A stretch of DNA of 64,000 nucleotides from Eledone cirrhosa (lineage: Eukaryota). The notes under the pieces were generated by a model, which was given only the letters and a program-made list of their open reading frames with translations, did no database searches and was not told the DNA's origin. Of this stretch, positions 12,833-27,347 are shown in pieces; position 1 is the first letter of the stretch; each line of letters starts with the position of its first letter. The DNA is taken from NCBI GenBank assembly GCA_964016885.1, contig OZ024743.1, positions 8,246,001 to 8,310,000 of the forward strand, in the 5' to 3' direction. The translations under genes were made by a program, and so were the position numbers.

Positions 12833-15800
12833 ATGACCTCACTCAGAATAGGCAACATAAATGCGCGTGGCTTGGGGTCGTCATGGAAGCAGGGCCACCT
12901 GCTCAACGACCTCAGGTCACTAAACATAGATGTAGTGGCCATCAGCGAGACCAGAATCTCCGAAGCACGGGCCTTCGCACCGATCTTCGGCGGCTACGAT
13001 GTGTACGCATCTCCCAGCCGTTCGGGATCGGGGGGTGGAGTTGCTGTGCTTTTTCGGAGAGGTTTGGATCTTGCCATACGGGCCATCTTCCTGGACCCAG
13101 AAGGTAAGTTGGTGGTGCTGGACGTGACCAGCGGAGACGGGCAAGCTTTCAGGTTAGTGGCCGTCTATGCCCCGACAGGAGCAGGGCGGCCTGATTTCTT
13201 CCGGCGTCTGGAGACCTTTCTTGGAACGTCCCGCTCTTTAGTGTTAGTGGGCGACTGGAACGGGATCTTAGATGCACGCTGGGACTGTGTGGGATTAGTG
13301 GATAGGGTAGGAGGGTGCAAGAGTCTCACCAACCTCCTCAGGCGTTTTGAACTGTCTGACAGGTACCGATTGGATTTCCCGAATGTACCAATGTGGACTT
13401 GGACAAATCGCATAGGGTCATCCAGATCATATCTAGATAGAGTATTTTGTAGGGAAATAGATAGGTCTAGCATAGGCTGTCCACAATTCAAGATAGTCAG
13501 CTACACCGACCACAAATTCGTGATCTGTGTGCTTGACTTATATAGGCTTCATAGACGAGGACCCGGCTACTGGAAGCTAAACGCGTCCTTAGCAGCGCGC
13601 AAGGCCTACAGAGACCGGATTAGCGAACTAGTTAAGCGGGCGTTGACGGGGGCCATCGTCAACAACAAGTGGTGGTTTGCTCTGAAAAGAGCAATTAGAA
13701 TAGAGTCCATTAGGTTTAGTAAGACTTTAGCAATAGAGAAAAATAGAGCAGAGGGATAATTAGTTAGAAAATTAGATGAGGCGCTTAGCAAAGGCATCGC
13801 GATCGACGTACTTGCGGCGAAATTGGCCCTTGACCAATTCTTCAATGCAAAGCACGAAGACTGCGTTGTCAGAGCTAGGGTGCGTGCTCTCAGACACGAG
13901 GGGACGAAAGCCGTTCAATGGGCCCGAGTGGCGGAGGCGCGTCGTGGCAACAAAGCCACGATCCGGTCTTTGGTGGACCACGACGGGCGCATGCTACTCG
14001 ATCCCGGGCAAATGTGTGAAGCTTTTCAGCGACACTTCGCTCAACTGTTCGGGGGCAGTGGCGGGCCGAATCGAGGGATGGACTTTAGTGTCTACCTCGA
14101 CGGACTGCCGCGGCTTTCGGCCACTGAGGCGGAGTGTTGCGAAAAGCCGATAACAACCGCTGAAGTACGGGATGCAATGACTAGTTGCACAAGGGGTAAA
14201 TCGCCTGGTTTGGATGGTCTACCCTATGAACTTTACGTACAAATGCCAGACTTGTTCGGAGGCCTCTTGGCGGACGTCTACTGCAACTGGCAACAGAACG
14301 GGAGAATTCCCAGCTCTGTGAGCCGAGGAGCGGTGGCGCTGCCGAGAAAGGATCCAAACAAGGGAGATAACATAGATAATTGTAGGCCCATAACTCTGCT
14401 AAACACAGAGTTCAAGATTTTGGCCAAGGTGCTAGCAAAGAGGTTGGCGGTTGTCGTTGGTGGTCTGGTGGGAGAGGCACAGACATGCGCCATTCCCGAC
14501 AGATCCATCCACGACAACTTCCACCTCATGCGATACATTGTAGAGAGGGTAGCTAGGGAACCTGGCACGGGTGGGTCTTTGATCAATTTAGATCAGTCAA
14601 AAGCCTTCGATAGGGTCGACCATCGTTACCTAGCGGCAGTCCTGAGGGCGGCTGGCTTTGGGCCCGTCTTCAGAGGCTGGATCGCTGCCATGCACAGCGA
14701 CATCTGCTCAGTAGTAAGAGTGAACGGTCACCTTTCGGAACCGTTCAACATCATGCGCTCGGTCCGCCAAGGATGTCACCTCTCGTCCCTATTGTACGTA
14801 TTGACTCTCGAGCCATTACTGCACAAACTGGAGACGTTGAGGGGGGTCCCGCGCGAACTAGGATGCGGAAGATCCGTGTCAGCATATGCCGACGATGTCA
14901 CCGTAGTGGTGTCAAACGCCAAACACATCGAGGCGATCGGCACTACACTAAGAGAATACGAAGCGGTGACAGGAGCAATGATCAACCAGGAAAAGTCAGT
15001 GGGCCTGCATCTCGGCACCTGGAGAGGCAGGTCCATGCCGTCGAACAGCGTCGTCGGGCGCTGGACGGACGGACCGGTTAAATTGCTAGGGGTCTGGTTC
15101 GGTCCAGACCTCCAGACGGACAAAAACTGGGACGAGGTGACGAGCAGGGTGGCTTCTCTCACCCAGAAATGGGCCGAGAGGAAGCTATCCCTGAAAGGTC
15201 GAGCGGAGGTGGCGAATGCGTACATCGCATCCGTCATCTACTACCGCCTGACCGTCGTACCTTGTCCTAATCCCCGCCTGACTGCGCTGGAGCGTTTGCT
15301 CTTTCGCTTCTTGTGGAAGGGACGCGCTCCGATGGTCAGGCAGTCCATATGCTGTCAACACCCGCTACGTGGAGGGCTGGGCATGCCGTGGCTGATGATG
15401 CGCAGACACGCGCTCAGGCTACGACATCTCCACCTCTTCCTCGACGGTGATCAGGTGTGGTCGCCGTTTGCTAGACACGTTTTTCCCCAGCTCGTCTCCT
15501 TGACGGAGCTGCAGTCCTGGGTCAAGCGAAGACCGAGAGGGAGCGCTTGGAGACTGGAATGTCTTCAGGCGCTCACAGCCCTCGACCAATCGGGCAATGT
15601 GATCGGTGGAAACTCCACCTTGGCGTTCTATAGGGGATTAGTGGAGGGGAAGAGCGACGACGTACTTGGGGAAACTCTAGGCGTCGACGAAAATCAACTA
15701 GCCAATCTCTTCGGAAGGACTTTCGGGCCGGGGCCTATGGACAACTTCCAGAAATCCCTGGCCTGGCAGTGCTACCGAGGAGCTTTGCCAGTTCGGGATA

Positions 15801-16252
15801 AACTCTACAGGCATGGAGGTGCCGTCAGCCGGGCATGTCCGAGATGCGCGCAGGGCGACGAAACCGTCCTGCACGCACTCGTCCAGTGTCCGAGCATTGC
15901 TGACTTGTGGGTTTATGTCGAACACCTGCTGTCACGTGTAGGACGGATCCAGCTATCAGCTGAGTCCATCGTGAGGATTGCCCCTCCCCCTTCCTTTAGC
16001 CGGGAAGGGCAGGCAGTTTTTATCTGTCTAGTGGCCATGGCGAAAGAGATAGTATGGTGGACACGTTTGAAAGGGCTGAAGACGAGCACTTACCTCTTCG
16101 GTGATGTCCTGATTAACTTTTTCAAATTTCATTTGAAAAGGAAAATCAGGGTAGAGAGGGAAATGCTCTCTTCCCAGCATTTTGTTGAAAGATGGGTGAG
16201 AGAAGCAAGTATGGCCCGAATGAATGGGCCTTCTCTGAGTATGTGTCTGTAA
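12833..16252 (+). pseudogene. ORF2 (APE endonuclease + reverse transcriptase + zinc finger) with one in-frame TAA at 13757-13759
   Basis: APE motifs NINARGL, AISET, VYAP, LVGDWN, SYLDR, TDH. RT motifs KSPGLDG, LDQSKAFDRV, VRQGC, YADD. C-terminal CPRC...HALVQC. ORFs 12833 and 13823 are in the same frame. Confidence 0.93.
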
Positions 16253-16514
16253 ATTAAGGGTGGAAAACTGGGAGAGGGCACTTGCCCTGGTGGTCAGGGT
16301 CACTGTGGTCTTTTAATGGGCTTTCTCCACAAATGTCCCTCGGAAGTCTCCCCCCTATTGGGGAATTTTTCTTTGTTATTTTATTTCATCCTCTGTTTTT
16401 TACACGCAGAAATGCCCATTTGTACCGTCCTGTATTGTCCTGTACTGTCCTTAATGTCTACTTTATGTAAACCCTTGTGGTTAATAAAGAAAACATTATT
16501 AGTATTATTATTAT

Positions 16515-16572
<58 letters not shown>

Positions 16573-16586
16573 ATATATATATATAA

Positions 16587-16683
<97 letters not shown>

Positions 16684-17049
16684 GAGAGGGGGGGGATAAG
16701 GAAAATGTAAAGTTCGGTGTAGATGTTTAAATATCCTTTATTCAAAAACCGAACTTCGTGTTCTCCTCATTCTACATATACTCCGTCACTGACTGACAAA
16801 GCATGTAAAAACACATGACGTTGAATGATTAAATCGAATTACATCATTATTCACTGATTGGTTTGTTGCATACGCAACCCCGATTAGTCAACATGTTTAC
16901 CCTATGACGAGCTTTTGATTCTAGAGTCTGGCCCGATCGATAGAGATCGAACCTTGAGCTAATTAGTCGCGAAACGCGCGTCGCACCTGAATAAACGTAA
17001 TGAAAATTTTCAACATTTGACATCTCATCCATGCTTATTACACACACAT

Positions 17050-17178
<129 letters not shown>

Positions 17179-17291
17179 GTGTGTGGTGTGTGGAATTTGT
17201 TCACATAAGCACAGAGGGCAACGTGAATTATGTATATATATTCATATGTAATATTTGTATGCTATATATAAATATATTATATACTCTAATA

Positions 17292-17748
17292 CAGTGCATC
17301 TCAAACTATCTGCCGGACCGGCATTTTTTTTTCCAATCTTCCACGTACCGCTAATATTTCGTAGTAATATTAATTTATACCGGAAACGATATATATAATG
17401 AATATAATAATAGTTATATAGCACACTATATAATGAATATAATAATAGTTATATAGCACACTATATAATGAATATAATAATAGTTATATAGCACACTATA
17501 TAATGAATATAATAATAGTTATATAGCACACTATATAATGAATATAATAATAGTTGACCATTTTTTTATCTTCTATTTTGTTTGTAAACAAATAATACAA
17601 TATCAAAACATATAAAAAAGTAATAAAAAAGTAATAAAAAAAATTCCTCAAATGATTCCTTAGCATGGCCTGGACACTGGCCGCGTACCGGTAGCTGATG
17701 GCTCGCGTACCGTCACCGGTCCACGGACCACCACTTTGAGTAGCACTG
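17292..17748. mobile_element. Non-autonomous hAT (Charlie-like) MITE with internal 35-bp tandem repeat
   Basis: Imperfect TIRs CAGTGCATCTCAAA / TTTGAGTAGCACTG. Perfect 8-bp TSD CTCTAATA at 17284-17291 and 17749-17756. Confidence 0.9.
17392..17555. repeat. 35-bp minisatellite (AATATAATAATAGTTATATAGCACACTATATAATG), about 4.7 copies
   Basis: Directly visible tandem repeat. Confidence 0.95.
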
Positions 17749-19209
17749 CTCTAATATATTTGTATATATTATACAAACTTGTATTTTCAGCCGCTTAACA
17801 CCCAAGGAAACTGGAATAAGCACCAACCTAATGAACCTCCGGATTTGAAACATACTTTAGACAAATATATTATAGCTCGTTATGTATGCGTCAACTGATG
17901 GAATTATCCAACAATCTCTACATTTATAGTGTGATATCGATGTACGTGCTCAATCTTGCCAATCTTGCTCAAATCTTCTATGTAGTGCCCCATTTTCAAA
18001 GCTGTCAATTTCACCCCTATAAGATATTTGAATAAGAATTTTTTTTTCTTTGCCAATCATGAGTGAAAGATAAGTTGAAAGATAAGCCTAAGCTACTATT
18101 TTACCTCCTCTAATTTCGTAGAAAAATGTTTTCTTCAAATACTAAACAACATCGTCAAAATTATCTTTCCATTCATTAATTACTCATTTTTGCGCTTAGA
18201 ATAACAATAGTATTTATGCAACGAACCGTAAAGGTGCCTCCCCTCCCCCGGCTAAATTGATATATCCACTATGTTACCAGCTGCTTTATGTGTTGGGTAG
18301 ACTGTGTATGTGTAAAGCAAACCCAGGAAGGAATGAAATACCTATATAGCAAGTGTTTACTGTTATTTCTGACAGCTTAGGTATGTGATAACGTATGACC
18401 AACTATGTGCTTTTAATAGAATATGTGTTTATGCATGCGTGTATATAGTAAAGTTATTTTACGAATATATGAAATAGAGATGTATATAGATAAATTAGGT
18501 TTTCCAGAGTTTATAAATCTTATTCTTGTCATGTGTGCGTGTGTGTGTTTGTGGTTTTATGTGCGAGTATGTTTGTGAATGCGTGTATGTGTATGTGTAA
18601 ATGTGTGTGGGTGTATGTGAGTGTGTGTGTGTATTTGTATGTATGTGTATCTGAGTGTGTGTATACGTGCGTGTGTGAGTATGTGCGTGTCTGAGTTTGT
18701 AACTGTGTGTATGCGTATGAGTATGTATGAGTGTGTGACTGTGTATTTGTGTTTGTATGTGTGTGTATGTGTATGTCAGAGTGTGTGTCAGTGTGTGTAT
18801 ATGTGTGTATGTGTGTATGTGTGAGTCTGGGTGTATGTGTGTATGTGTGTATGTATGCGTATGTTTGTCTCCGCGCCCGCACCTACAAGTGTATTTGAGA
18901 AGAGTTACTCTGTAAGCAATGATAACATTTTTCAGATAAACCAACTGGTCAGTAAACTGCAGGTCATTAAGAACAGCACATTGCTACGTTGAATGCTCAT
19001 GTTTCTGGTTCAGTGCTTCTTTAAACGTTAGTTTGGAGAGCAGTTGCCGCTTCCTTAATTTATGAAGTTTTCTGAAGTAAAATAATAATAGACAGGCTTA
19101 CTTTGTGGGGTCAATGTTATTTTCATGAGATTTAATACTGAAATAAGACATATGCCATATGAAATAAGACATATGTGGGTTTCGAGGTTTAAAGATGAAG
19201 CAAGATAAA

Positions 19210-19362
19210 CTTGACAGTATCGGTAGAGCGTCAGACACCATGCTTTGCAGCATAGATTTATGGCCCTTTACGTTCTGAGTTCAAATCCCGGGGTCCATGA
19301 AAATAAAGAACCAGTAATGCACTGGGTAATTGCTGGCCTTGTGCCCAAAGTAGAAACAATCA
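19210..19362 (+). mobile_element. tRNA-derived SINE (family 1), internally deleted
   Basis: Shares GTATCGGTAGAGCG, GAGTTCAAATCC and the tail GGCCTTGTGCCCAAAGTAGAAACAAT with other copies in the window. Confidence 0.8.
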
Positions 19363-19380
19363 TGTTAGTTTGCTGTTGTT

Positions 19381-19412
<32 letters not shown>

Positions 19413-19499
19413 CTAGCCCCAGGTCAGCCTTGATTGAGTGGACCTATGCAAGGAGTTGAGTATATGTGTATATGTGTTACGTCCGACACTTCCAACTAA

Positions 19500-19810
19500 T
19501 TTAACCTCCGCCTCTCAGTCCCGCTCGACAGGATAGAGAATACATTACCCCGACGGACGGCGAGAGAGAAGCCCTGGAATAGCCACTCCCCTTCACGAGG
19601 GTCGCACCTATGGGCAGCAGCTTCCGCTCCGATAGCCGTGAGCAGGGGTGGGATCTGCGGGGTGGGGGTCTTGGCAAGAACACTGGAAATCTCCAATGCT
19701 ACAAGCCTGTCAGAGAGCAGCTGATACTTGGACAGTTTGCCCTGTTTGGCCTGGTGAGCAGCAGAGCCTCAGTCGGTAGCTGAACTCACCACCTATTATC
19801 AAAGGTGTTG
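19500..19810 (-). mobile_element. 3' fragment of a CRE-clade-like RLE retrotransposon
   Basis: Translates ...AAHQAKQGKLSKYQLL...DPREGEWLFQGFSLAVRRGNVFSIL, resembling the KxxKY...QRLSxAxQRGNA C-terminus of CRE-type elements. Confidence 0.6.
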
Positions 19811-20874
19811 CAGTCCTGTGTATATTTATAACTTCATTATTCAATATATTCTTTCTTAATTTTAGCGTGATTTGAGGGAATGTGATTCCCGTGTTGCATT
19901 CGTCTTTGGAAAGTCAATGAGATCGAATCTGGAACCATATGGCTGCAAAGCGAACTTCTTAATCACACGACTATATCGGCGTCCAAGTATGTGGAGGAAA
20001 TGGTGTTGTTTTCTTTTATTTATCGACTCTGAGAGGATGAAAGGCTGTAACACAGAAGATAAAAAGCCGGGACAAATACCACAAGGCTTTGTCTGACCCT
20101 CCTGCAATACTGCCAACCGCCCTTGCCTCCGCCTTTATCAACAATAATTGTTTAATGATACATTATCATCAACCCCGTATATCCATATGCAGTATTGATG
20201 GTCGACAATGATATTTGCTATCTACCATTAAATACAGTACATTATATTATATTTTAGAAAATAATAAAACTTATCTATTCATCTATCCACCCACCTGCGT
20301 ATAGTCTCTCTCACTCTCTCTTTCTCTCTCACACATTTTCTTTGTGTTGGTGGGTGTTGGTGCGTGAGGCATTGGCGAAAGAAATTGGCGAAAGAAATTC
20401 GCATTGGTTAAGAAATTCGCTTTCCGATCATGATGTCTCGGGTTCGAACTCCCTTTGCGATAATTTGATATTATTGTATTGAGCTGAATTCGGTTTTATG
20501 GAAAAAATGGTATCGGCTGAAAGTGTATGGAAACCCTTCGGGTAGACTGTACCTGTAATTTAAAGGGCTGGTTTTGCCTGAAGATTATATTAAGAGTACA
20601 AGTTATTTGTAGAATACTCATTCTCTTACGCTATAATTTAATGATTATGTAATTCATTTGACGTAACAACTGAAATACCCACCCTGAGTGGATGTGTGTA
20701 TACCGAGCTCACCTCCACTTAAAATGACTGGTGGGTTCATTAGCAAAATACATAAGTCTTGTTGATATATAATTAAATAAATCTATTAAAATAACAATCC
20801 AATAAATTGAAACTAAATTTATGGAGAAACGTCTACAACATAACATGATTTAACAAATGACTGTATAATTATTA

Positions 20875-21072
20875 TAATTGTTTCTACTTTTGGCACAAGG
20901 CCAGTAATTACCACAGTGCATTACTGGTACTTTATTTTATCGACCTCGTAAGGATGAAGGGCAAAGTTAACCTCGGCGGGATTTGAACTCAGAACATAAA
21001 GGTCATAGCTCTATGTCTATGCTGCAAAGCATGGTGTCTGGCGCTCTACCGATTCTGCCAATTCACCGTCCT
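20875..21072 (-). mobile_element. tRNA-derived SINE family 1 with a Nin/Deu-like central domain
   Basis: A-box-like TGGCAGAATCGG and B-box GAGTTCAAATCC; core TTCATCCTTACGAGGTCGATAAAATAAAGTACCAG. More than ten related copies in the window. Confidence 0.85.
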
Positions 21073-24000
21073 TTGAATAATGATTATAATATCTATAATT
21101 TAGCACATTTTTTCTATAGTATAAATAGTTATTGATTGATTAGACGAAAAAACATTCAAGATATGTAATACGTCCTTTTCTACCAAATAAGGTTTTTTCA
21201 ATCTATCCTTTCATATAAAAATCCTACAAAACTTAGTTTAGTGTCGTGGGAAAGACCAGACTGTTGTTTACTTTCCCTTCAGTTCTTTGACCATTTGAAC
21301 GTTACTGTTTATACATTTGTTTGTTTTCATTTCTTCTGACTGCTTCACTCATTAAATGATGGTTACAGAAAATGAACAGCCTAGTAACATGCCTCAAAAA
21401 GAAGCGTGTCCTAATTTTTCATAAGTGCTTAAATAACTTGAAAGTCCAAGAGAGTTAAGTCAGTGACTGCAAAATAATATTCGGATACAACATGACATTT
21501 CTGTTTATTATGTAAACTGATGGTGAAAGTATATCTATTGAGTCTCCAATTATCCCATTTCATTTGATATTATTTCAAATGACTAACTCTGTTAACATAG
21601 TTGAAAATTGAAGAAAGTGATATTTAATAACACTTCAATATTACTTCCATGTAAATTAATTTCTAATAATAAAATTTCGAGTACAAACTTACCGAAAGTA
21701 TACGTATGAGTGAGATTATTTGTATTAGAGGGGTGTATGTTTCTCACATTTCCATTAGCATCTGCCGCGTCCGCTGTGCATAGATTGCGTAGTTCACATG
21801 AAACCAACCGTAATATTTATTCAGCAATTCAATCCGATTCTTTGGCAGTAGAATTTTTAGAATATATATTTTCTTTGGAAATCTCAACTCTTGCTTATTT
21901 AAGCTAATATAAACACATACATATACACATACAAATATTATATATGTATTTAGGTATGTATGAATGTGTGTGTATGTATATGACTAGATGGGTGGGTATA
22001 TGTGAGATATATTTCCTTTTGTTAGCAGGTCAAGTTTATTCGATTGCACGTCAGTAACAAAATATTAATAATATGCAAGTAAAAATATAAAGTAAACTAA
22101 TAGTGAGGGTTTATTATTCTCAGCTAGGATTTGTTATTTACGCAACATTCCCTTCATTTTAGCCATTCAGAGAAGCTGAACTTGTGAAATATTGTCGTTT
22201 TTTTCACAATAAAAATGCTTGTGGAGATTTTCATTGCTTATTCGTAGATAATTACGTTAGCAACGATCTAACGACTGCCACAAGACTGCCGCCATAAGTA
22301 AGACAAACGAGGGGCAAGATATTTTACAAGCCAATGTCTGATTATTTACACGAAAATTACAGAAAAACAACTTCACATTTTTGTCAACCTAACCGCTGCC
22401 TGTTATTGGCGAAGAAGTGTTTTAGTATTTTATTGTTTTTCTTTTTGTATCTTCCAATATGACCTTTCACTTTAGGGGTCATATGAAATCCCAACTCTAG
22501 TTCCCAGATCTATGACAACTATAAATCATCAGAATAATATCAGCTCTGTTAAATACACATGAATGGAAATAGTAGCAACAGTGGGTTTTTTTCTATTGTT
22601 TATCCACTATAGCGTTCTCTAGGAATGAATGCAAATTAATTCGGTCGCGCAACCTGCAAGAAATAGCAGCCAAATCTCCATCCTCATCGCATATCACACT
22701 CTACCGACTTTAAAAATAGGTAATTCTAGTTTATGTTTGAAATTAAGAGGTGATGTTGGCCACCAGACCGTCTTTAACTATAGTTCTCCTCGATCAAGGC
22801 TGGCATGAAGCTAAACAACTATAACAACTGACACAAAATTAAAATGAAATTAAAAACACGAGGAATCGATATTTACATTTAATGATGTAATTGATCTAGA
22901 AGAGTAATTTAAATACTCTACAATATTCCGAGAAGAATGTTTAGTTGGTGAAGATATCACTGACAATGTAACATGATTAAAAATAGGAAGAAACTTTACA
23001 ATCTGAAATAACCATAATAATATATTAGACAAATCTATCTCTTTAATAAAAGTTAATAATCGACATTACGAACAATTTTCCTTTTTACTATAAACTTAAA
23101 ACGCAGAAAATTTATTTAAATTTGATATTTGAACAGTTGAAGATTCAGCATGTTATCATTTCCTAAGTGATATGGTCCAGATATGATCTTAACTATTGGA
23201 CTGGGTGGTATATAAACACTAAGATAAATGATTGATATAAAAATGAGTACTGCGTTTTATGTGTTATTTTAGGAGGTATAATTGAAATGAATGATGTTTT
23301 AACAGATAAGCAACAGTTCAGGGTCTCATTACAAATGACATATTTGATTTAGAAGATTAGCAACTGATTAGTTACACATTTGATTTACAAGATTAGCTAC
23401 TTGTTAGCAATCTGATCGTAAATAAAACTCAAGGGCAGGTTCTGGGATACATTCTGGACTTGAAGCCCTGAAATAATTCTGGATTCTAATATTAAGGTCA
23501 GCTTTTTATCTTTCTGAATTTTAATGGGATAAGCACTAACAAGACTAACAAAAATATAAGAGATATATTCGTTAAGTTAATCAGAGTGAAGAGTAGCACA
23601 TAGAGCTGGCGCCTGGGTATTTAGCACACCAGGCTAGCTCAAAATTGTGTGTCCTCTTCTTCTAGTTATGCGTCCTATTTTCCCAAATAAAATAATTTCA
23701 GCTCACAGATTGGTAAGCTAACCAACCTAATTTTTTTATACTTGCTCAGACCACACTGAGAAAATTACTCAGCCTGCATTCTCCACAACACAGTCCACAT
23801 TCATGCACACCAAACCAAGTGACAGGTCATAACACCATATGACCCTCTTCACTATTTGGGATATTTCCACAACGCTGCTACACCGAAACAATGTTTAGTG
23901 ATTTATTTATTAATCACGGGGAATTACTATATATTTAGATTCATTATATAAAATTTGTAAAAAAAACTGTGATCGTTTGAGGTTGAATAATCCGATTCTC

Positions 24001-24080
24001 TGGGATCTGTAATCTATATGTGGATTCTGAATTGACATTAACTTTAGCGCCGGTTCTGGTGGCACCTAATACTAACTCTA

Positions 24081-24398
24081 TCTTCTTCTTCTTCTCCTCC
24101 TCCTCCTCCTCCTCCTCCTCCTCCTCCTCCTCCTCCTCCTCCTCTTCTTCTTCTTCTTCTTCATCTTCTTCTCCCCCCTCCTCCTCCTCCTCCTCCTCCT
24201 CCTCTTCTTCTTCTTCTTCTTCTTCTTCTTCTCTTCCTCCTCCTCCTCTTCTTCTTCTTCTTCTTCTTCTTCTTCTCCTCCTCCTCCTCCTCCTCATCCT
24301 CCTCATCCTCCTCTTCTCCTCCTCCTCCTCCTCCTCCTCCTCCTCTTCTTCTTCTTCTTCTTCTTCTTCTTCTTCTTCTTCTTCTTCTTCTTCTTCTT
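24081..24398. repeat. Compound (CTC)n/(CTT)n trinucleotide microsatellite
   Basis: Directly visible. Confidence 0.97.
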
Positions 24399-24902
24399 CC
24401 AACAATTCACTGAACAATGGATATAATAAGTGCAGTATACTTAAATAATAAGTGCAACAGCGGGACAGTGTTCGATAGTAAAGCTTGGAATATAGCCAAC
24501 ATCGTTGGGAATTACTATTTACACCTTCAACGGCAGGCGAGCTAGCGAGGAAGCCTATAAGCCGTGTTTCGAACTGCTAGAAATAACAACCAAATCTTCA
24601 AATTACAGCTTCTTTTTTTGAAGTCGAAAAGAACATTGTTTTTACTGCTTTGTCAAGGAGGGAATGGTGGGAAGAAGAAAGAAAGTTATCCTCTAGCCGT
24701 ATGTGAGCTGCTAATGTTGTCTTATAGTTTTTAGGATGTCTATTTAGGTTCTTAAACAGAACATCAACGGCATTAATCTTTCTGGTCGTGGAGAGCATGT
24801 GAAAGTCATGGGCGGTGCCCATTCCTACATACCTTCTTCTTCTTCTTCTTCTTCTTCTTCTTCTTCTTCTTCTTCTTCTTCTTCTTCTTCTTCTTCTTCT
24901 TC

Positions 24903-25850
24903 GCCCACTCCGTAGTATCGGAGCTGAATCTCTCAATTCGAAAATGTAGAGGCTCTAGCTGGAGCGATTCTCTGATCGCTGAGCTCTGCACTCTATCGTG
25001 TAACGTTACTCCAAAGACACATCGAAGGAACACCATTCTGACGCTTGTATTCACGATCGTATTTTTTCGGTCATTACACAAGACTCATGACTGTGGGTAG
25101 GTTTGGCATGAATACCGAATTCAAGATAGCAAGTTTGGCTTTTACACCTACTTTTGGCTTTTACACCTTCTTCTGGTGACCGAATGCTGAAACTGGCGCA
25201 TTACTGCACCGTCTCCTGCCTTCCATCACTCCCGAACACGGCCCTGAGGTACCTGAACTTCTCCATCTACTTCAGTGAATCTCCACTCACATGTAGAGTG
25301 CACAGCACAGACTTTCTTGAGAGGACAAATGTCTCAGTCTTCGCAGCATTGATTTTCATTCTTACCGTGCAGCACACGGCAGCAAACCTATCAATATATG
25401 TCGGATATCACTTCTTGACGAGTCAAGTAATACCATCTCGTCTGCAAATTCTAGCCGACTGATCCTACATCCGCCAGTCATGATACCACTTCCAACTGGG
25501 ATGCACATGCCAATCCTGTCCAAAGAGATTATGAACAAGAGAGATGACAGGGTACAAACTTAGCGGAGTCTGACACCCACATTGAATGATTTCGACTTAG
25601 CGCCATTTATTCGAACAGACCTACTAGGGCATTCGTATAAAGACATCAAGGCAACAAGAAGCTGTCCATCGATCCCATACTTCTACAGAACCTTCCACAA
25701 TAGGTCCCATGGAACGCTATCATATGCCTTTTGGGGGCCTACGAAATAAGTATACACTCTTGGCTAAACTCCCACGATTTCTCAAAGACCTGCCGCAGTG
25801 TAAATAATTGGTCGGCTGTGTTACGTTGAGGGCGAATACCGCACTATTCA
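24903..25850 (-). mobile_element. Degraded RTE-type LINE RT fragment followed by a (GAA)n tract (24833-24902)
   Basis: Minus strand reads CGIRPQRNTADQLFTLRQVFEKSWEF...KAYDSVPWDLLW...EFADEMVLL with stops. Confidence 0.8.
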
Positions 25851-26003
25851 CTTCTTCCTGCTTCTCTCTCTCATTTGATTCTGTTACCCGGAGATTTACC
25901 CATCTGCATTGTTGAGGCTTCCAAAGTTACTACTTTTCATATTCTGCAATGCTTCAAGCAAACTTTAACACTCTCTTACCCTTACGTATATATATTGATC
26001 TTT

Positions 26004-26088
26004 TCTCTCGCTGATGATTCCTACGGATTATCTGTTACAACACGATTCTCAGGGCGAAACAGATTAAATCTCTAATCTGTCCGGGAGA
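26004..26088 (+). ncRNA. Type I hammerhead ribozyme motif, GUC cleavage triplet
   Basis: Stem I TCTCTCG/CGGGAGA; core CTGATGA; long imperfect stem II; GAAA; stem III CAGATTA/TAATCTG; TC. Confidence 0.75.
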
Positions 26089-26217
26089 TAAATAGTTATT
26101 GAAACGGTCAGTACATTTTACTCTTTATCCTGTATTTTCCGTTTGCTTCAGGTTAAATCTGTCAAACCAACGTAGTATCTTTACCCTCGTAATTTTAAAA
26201 ACTGTGTTTATTACTAC

Positions 26218-26311
<94 letters not shown>

Positions 26312-26334
26312 CGTCAAATGAGGTATCAGACTTC

Positions 26335-27045
<711 letters not shown>

Positions 27046-27304
27046 TTGCGAGGTTTTTTATATGAAATCGTGTGTCGAAACAGATATTGTTATACTTGGG
27101 GAGGGTCATATTTGCGTAATATTGCCAGAATTAATAACAGAACACACTCACTGTTTGGTTGGTTTTCGCTTCTCGCTGTCTTTTATTATATCTGCGATCT
27201 AACTTACTCGGTCCTCAATGTTGCCATTGACTGACCGGCGGTCAAAAATAATACAGATACAATATAGACACAAACACATATATATATATATAGTTTAGAT
27301 AATT

Positions 27305-27347
27305 TACATAAATCTTTCGTTGCACATCTGCAACATCGTCAGTGGTG
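27305..27347 (-). ncRNA. Minimal hammerhead ribozyme in the PLE pseudo-LTR
   Basis: CTGACGA-T-GTTGCA(GATG)TGCAAC-GAAA-GATTTA; stem I is short. Confidence 0.7.

Larger units (their letters stand above)
10588..16496 (+). mobile_element. Near full-length Tx1/L1-clade non-LTR retrotransposon (5'UTR, ORF1, APE-RT ORF2, 3'UTR) inserted in (TTA)n
   Basis: Two-ORF layout with APE, RT and CCHC motifs. Bounded by (ATT)n at 10521-10587 and 16496-16520. Confidence 0.93.

Noticed and set aside
23944-24448. Poly-Glu/Arg and poly-Ser/Leu ORFs
   Set aside because: Products of the (CTC)/(CTT) microsatellite.
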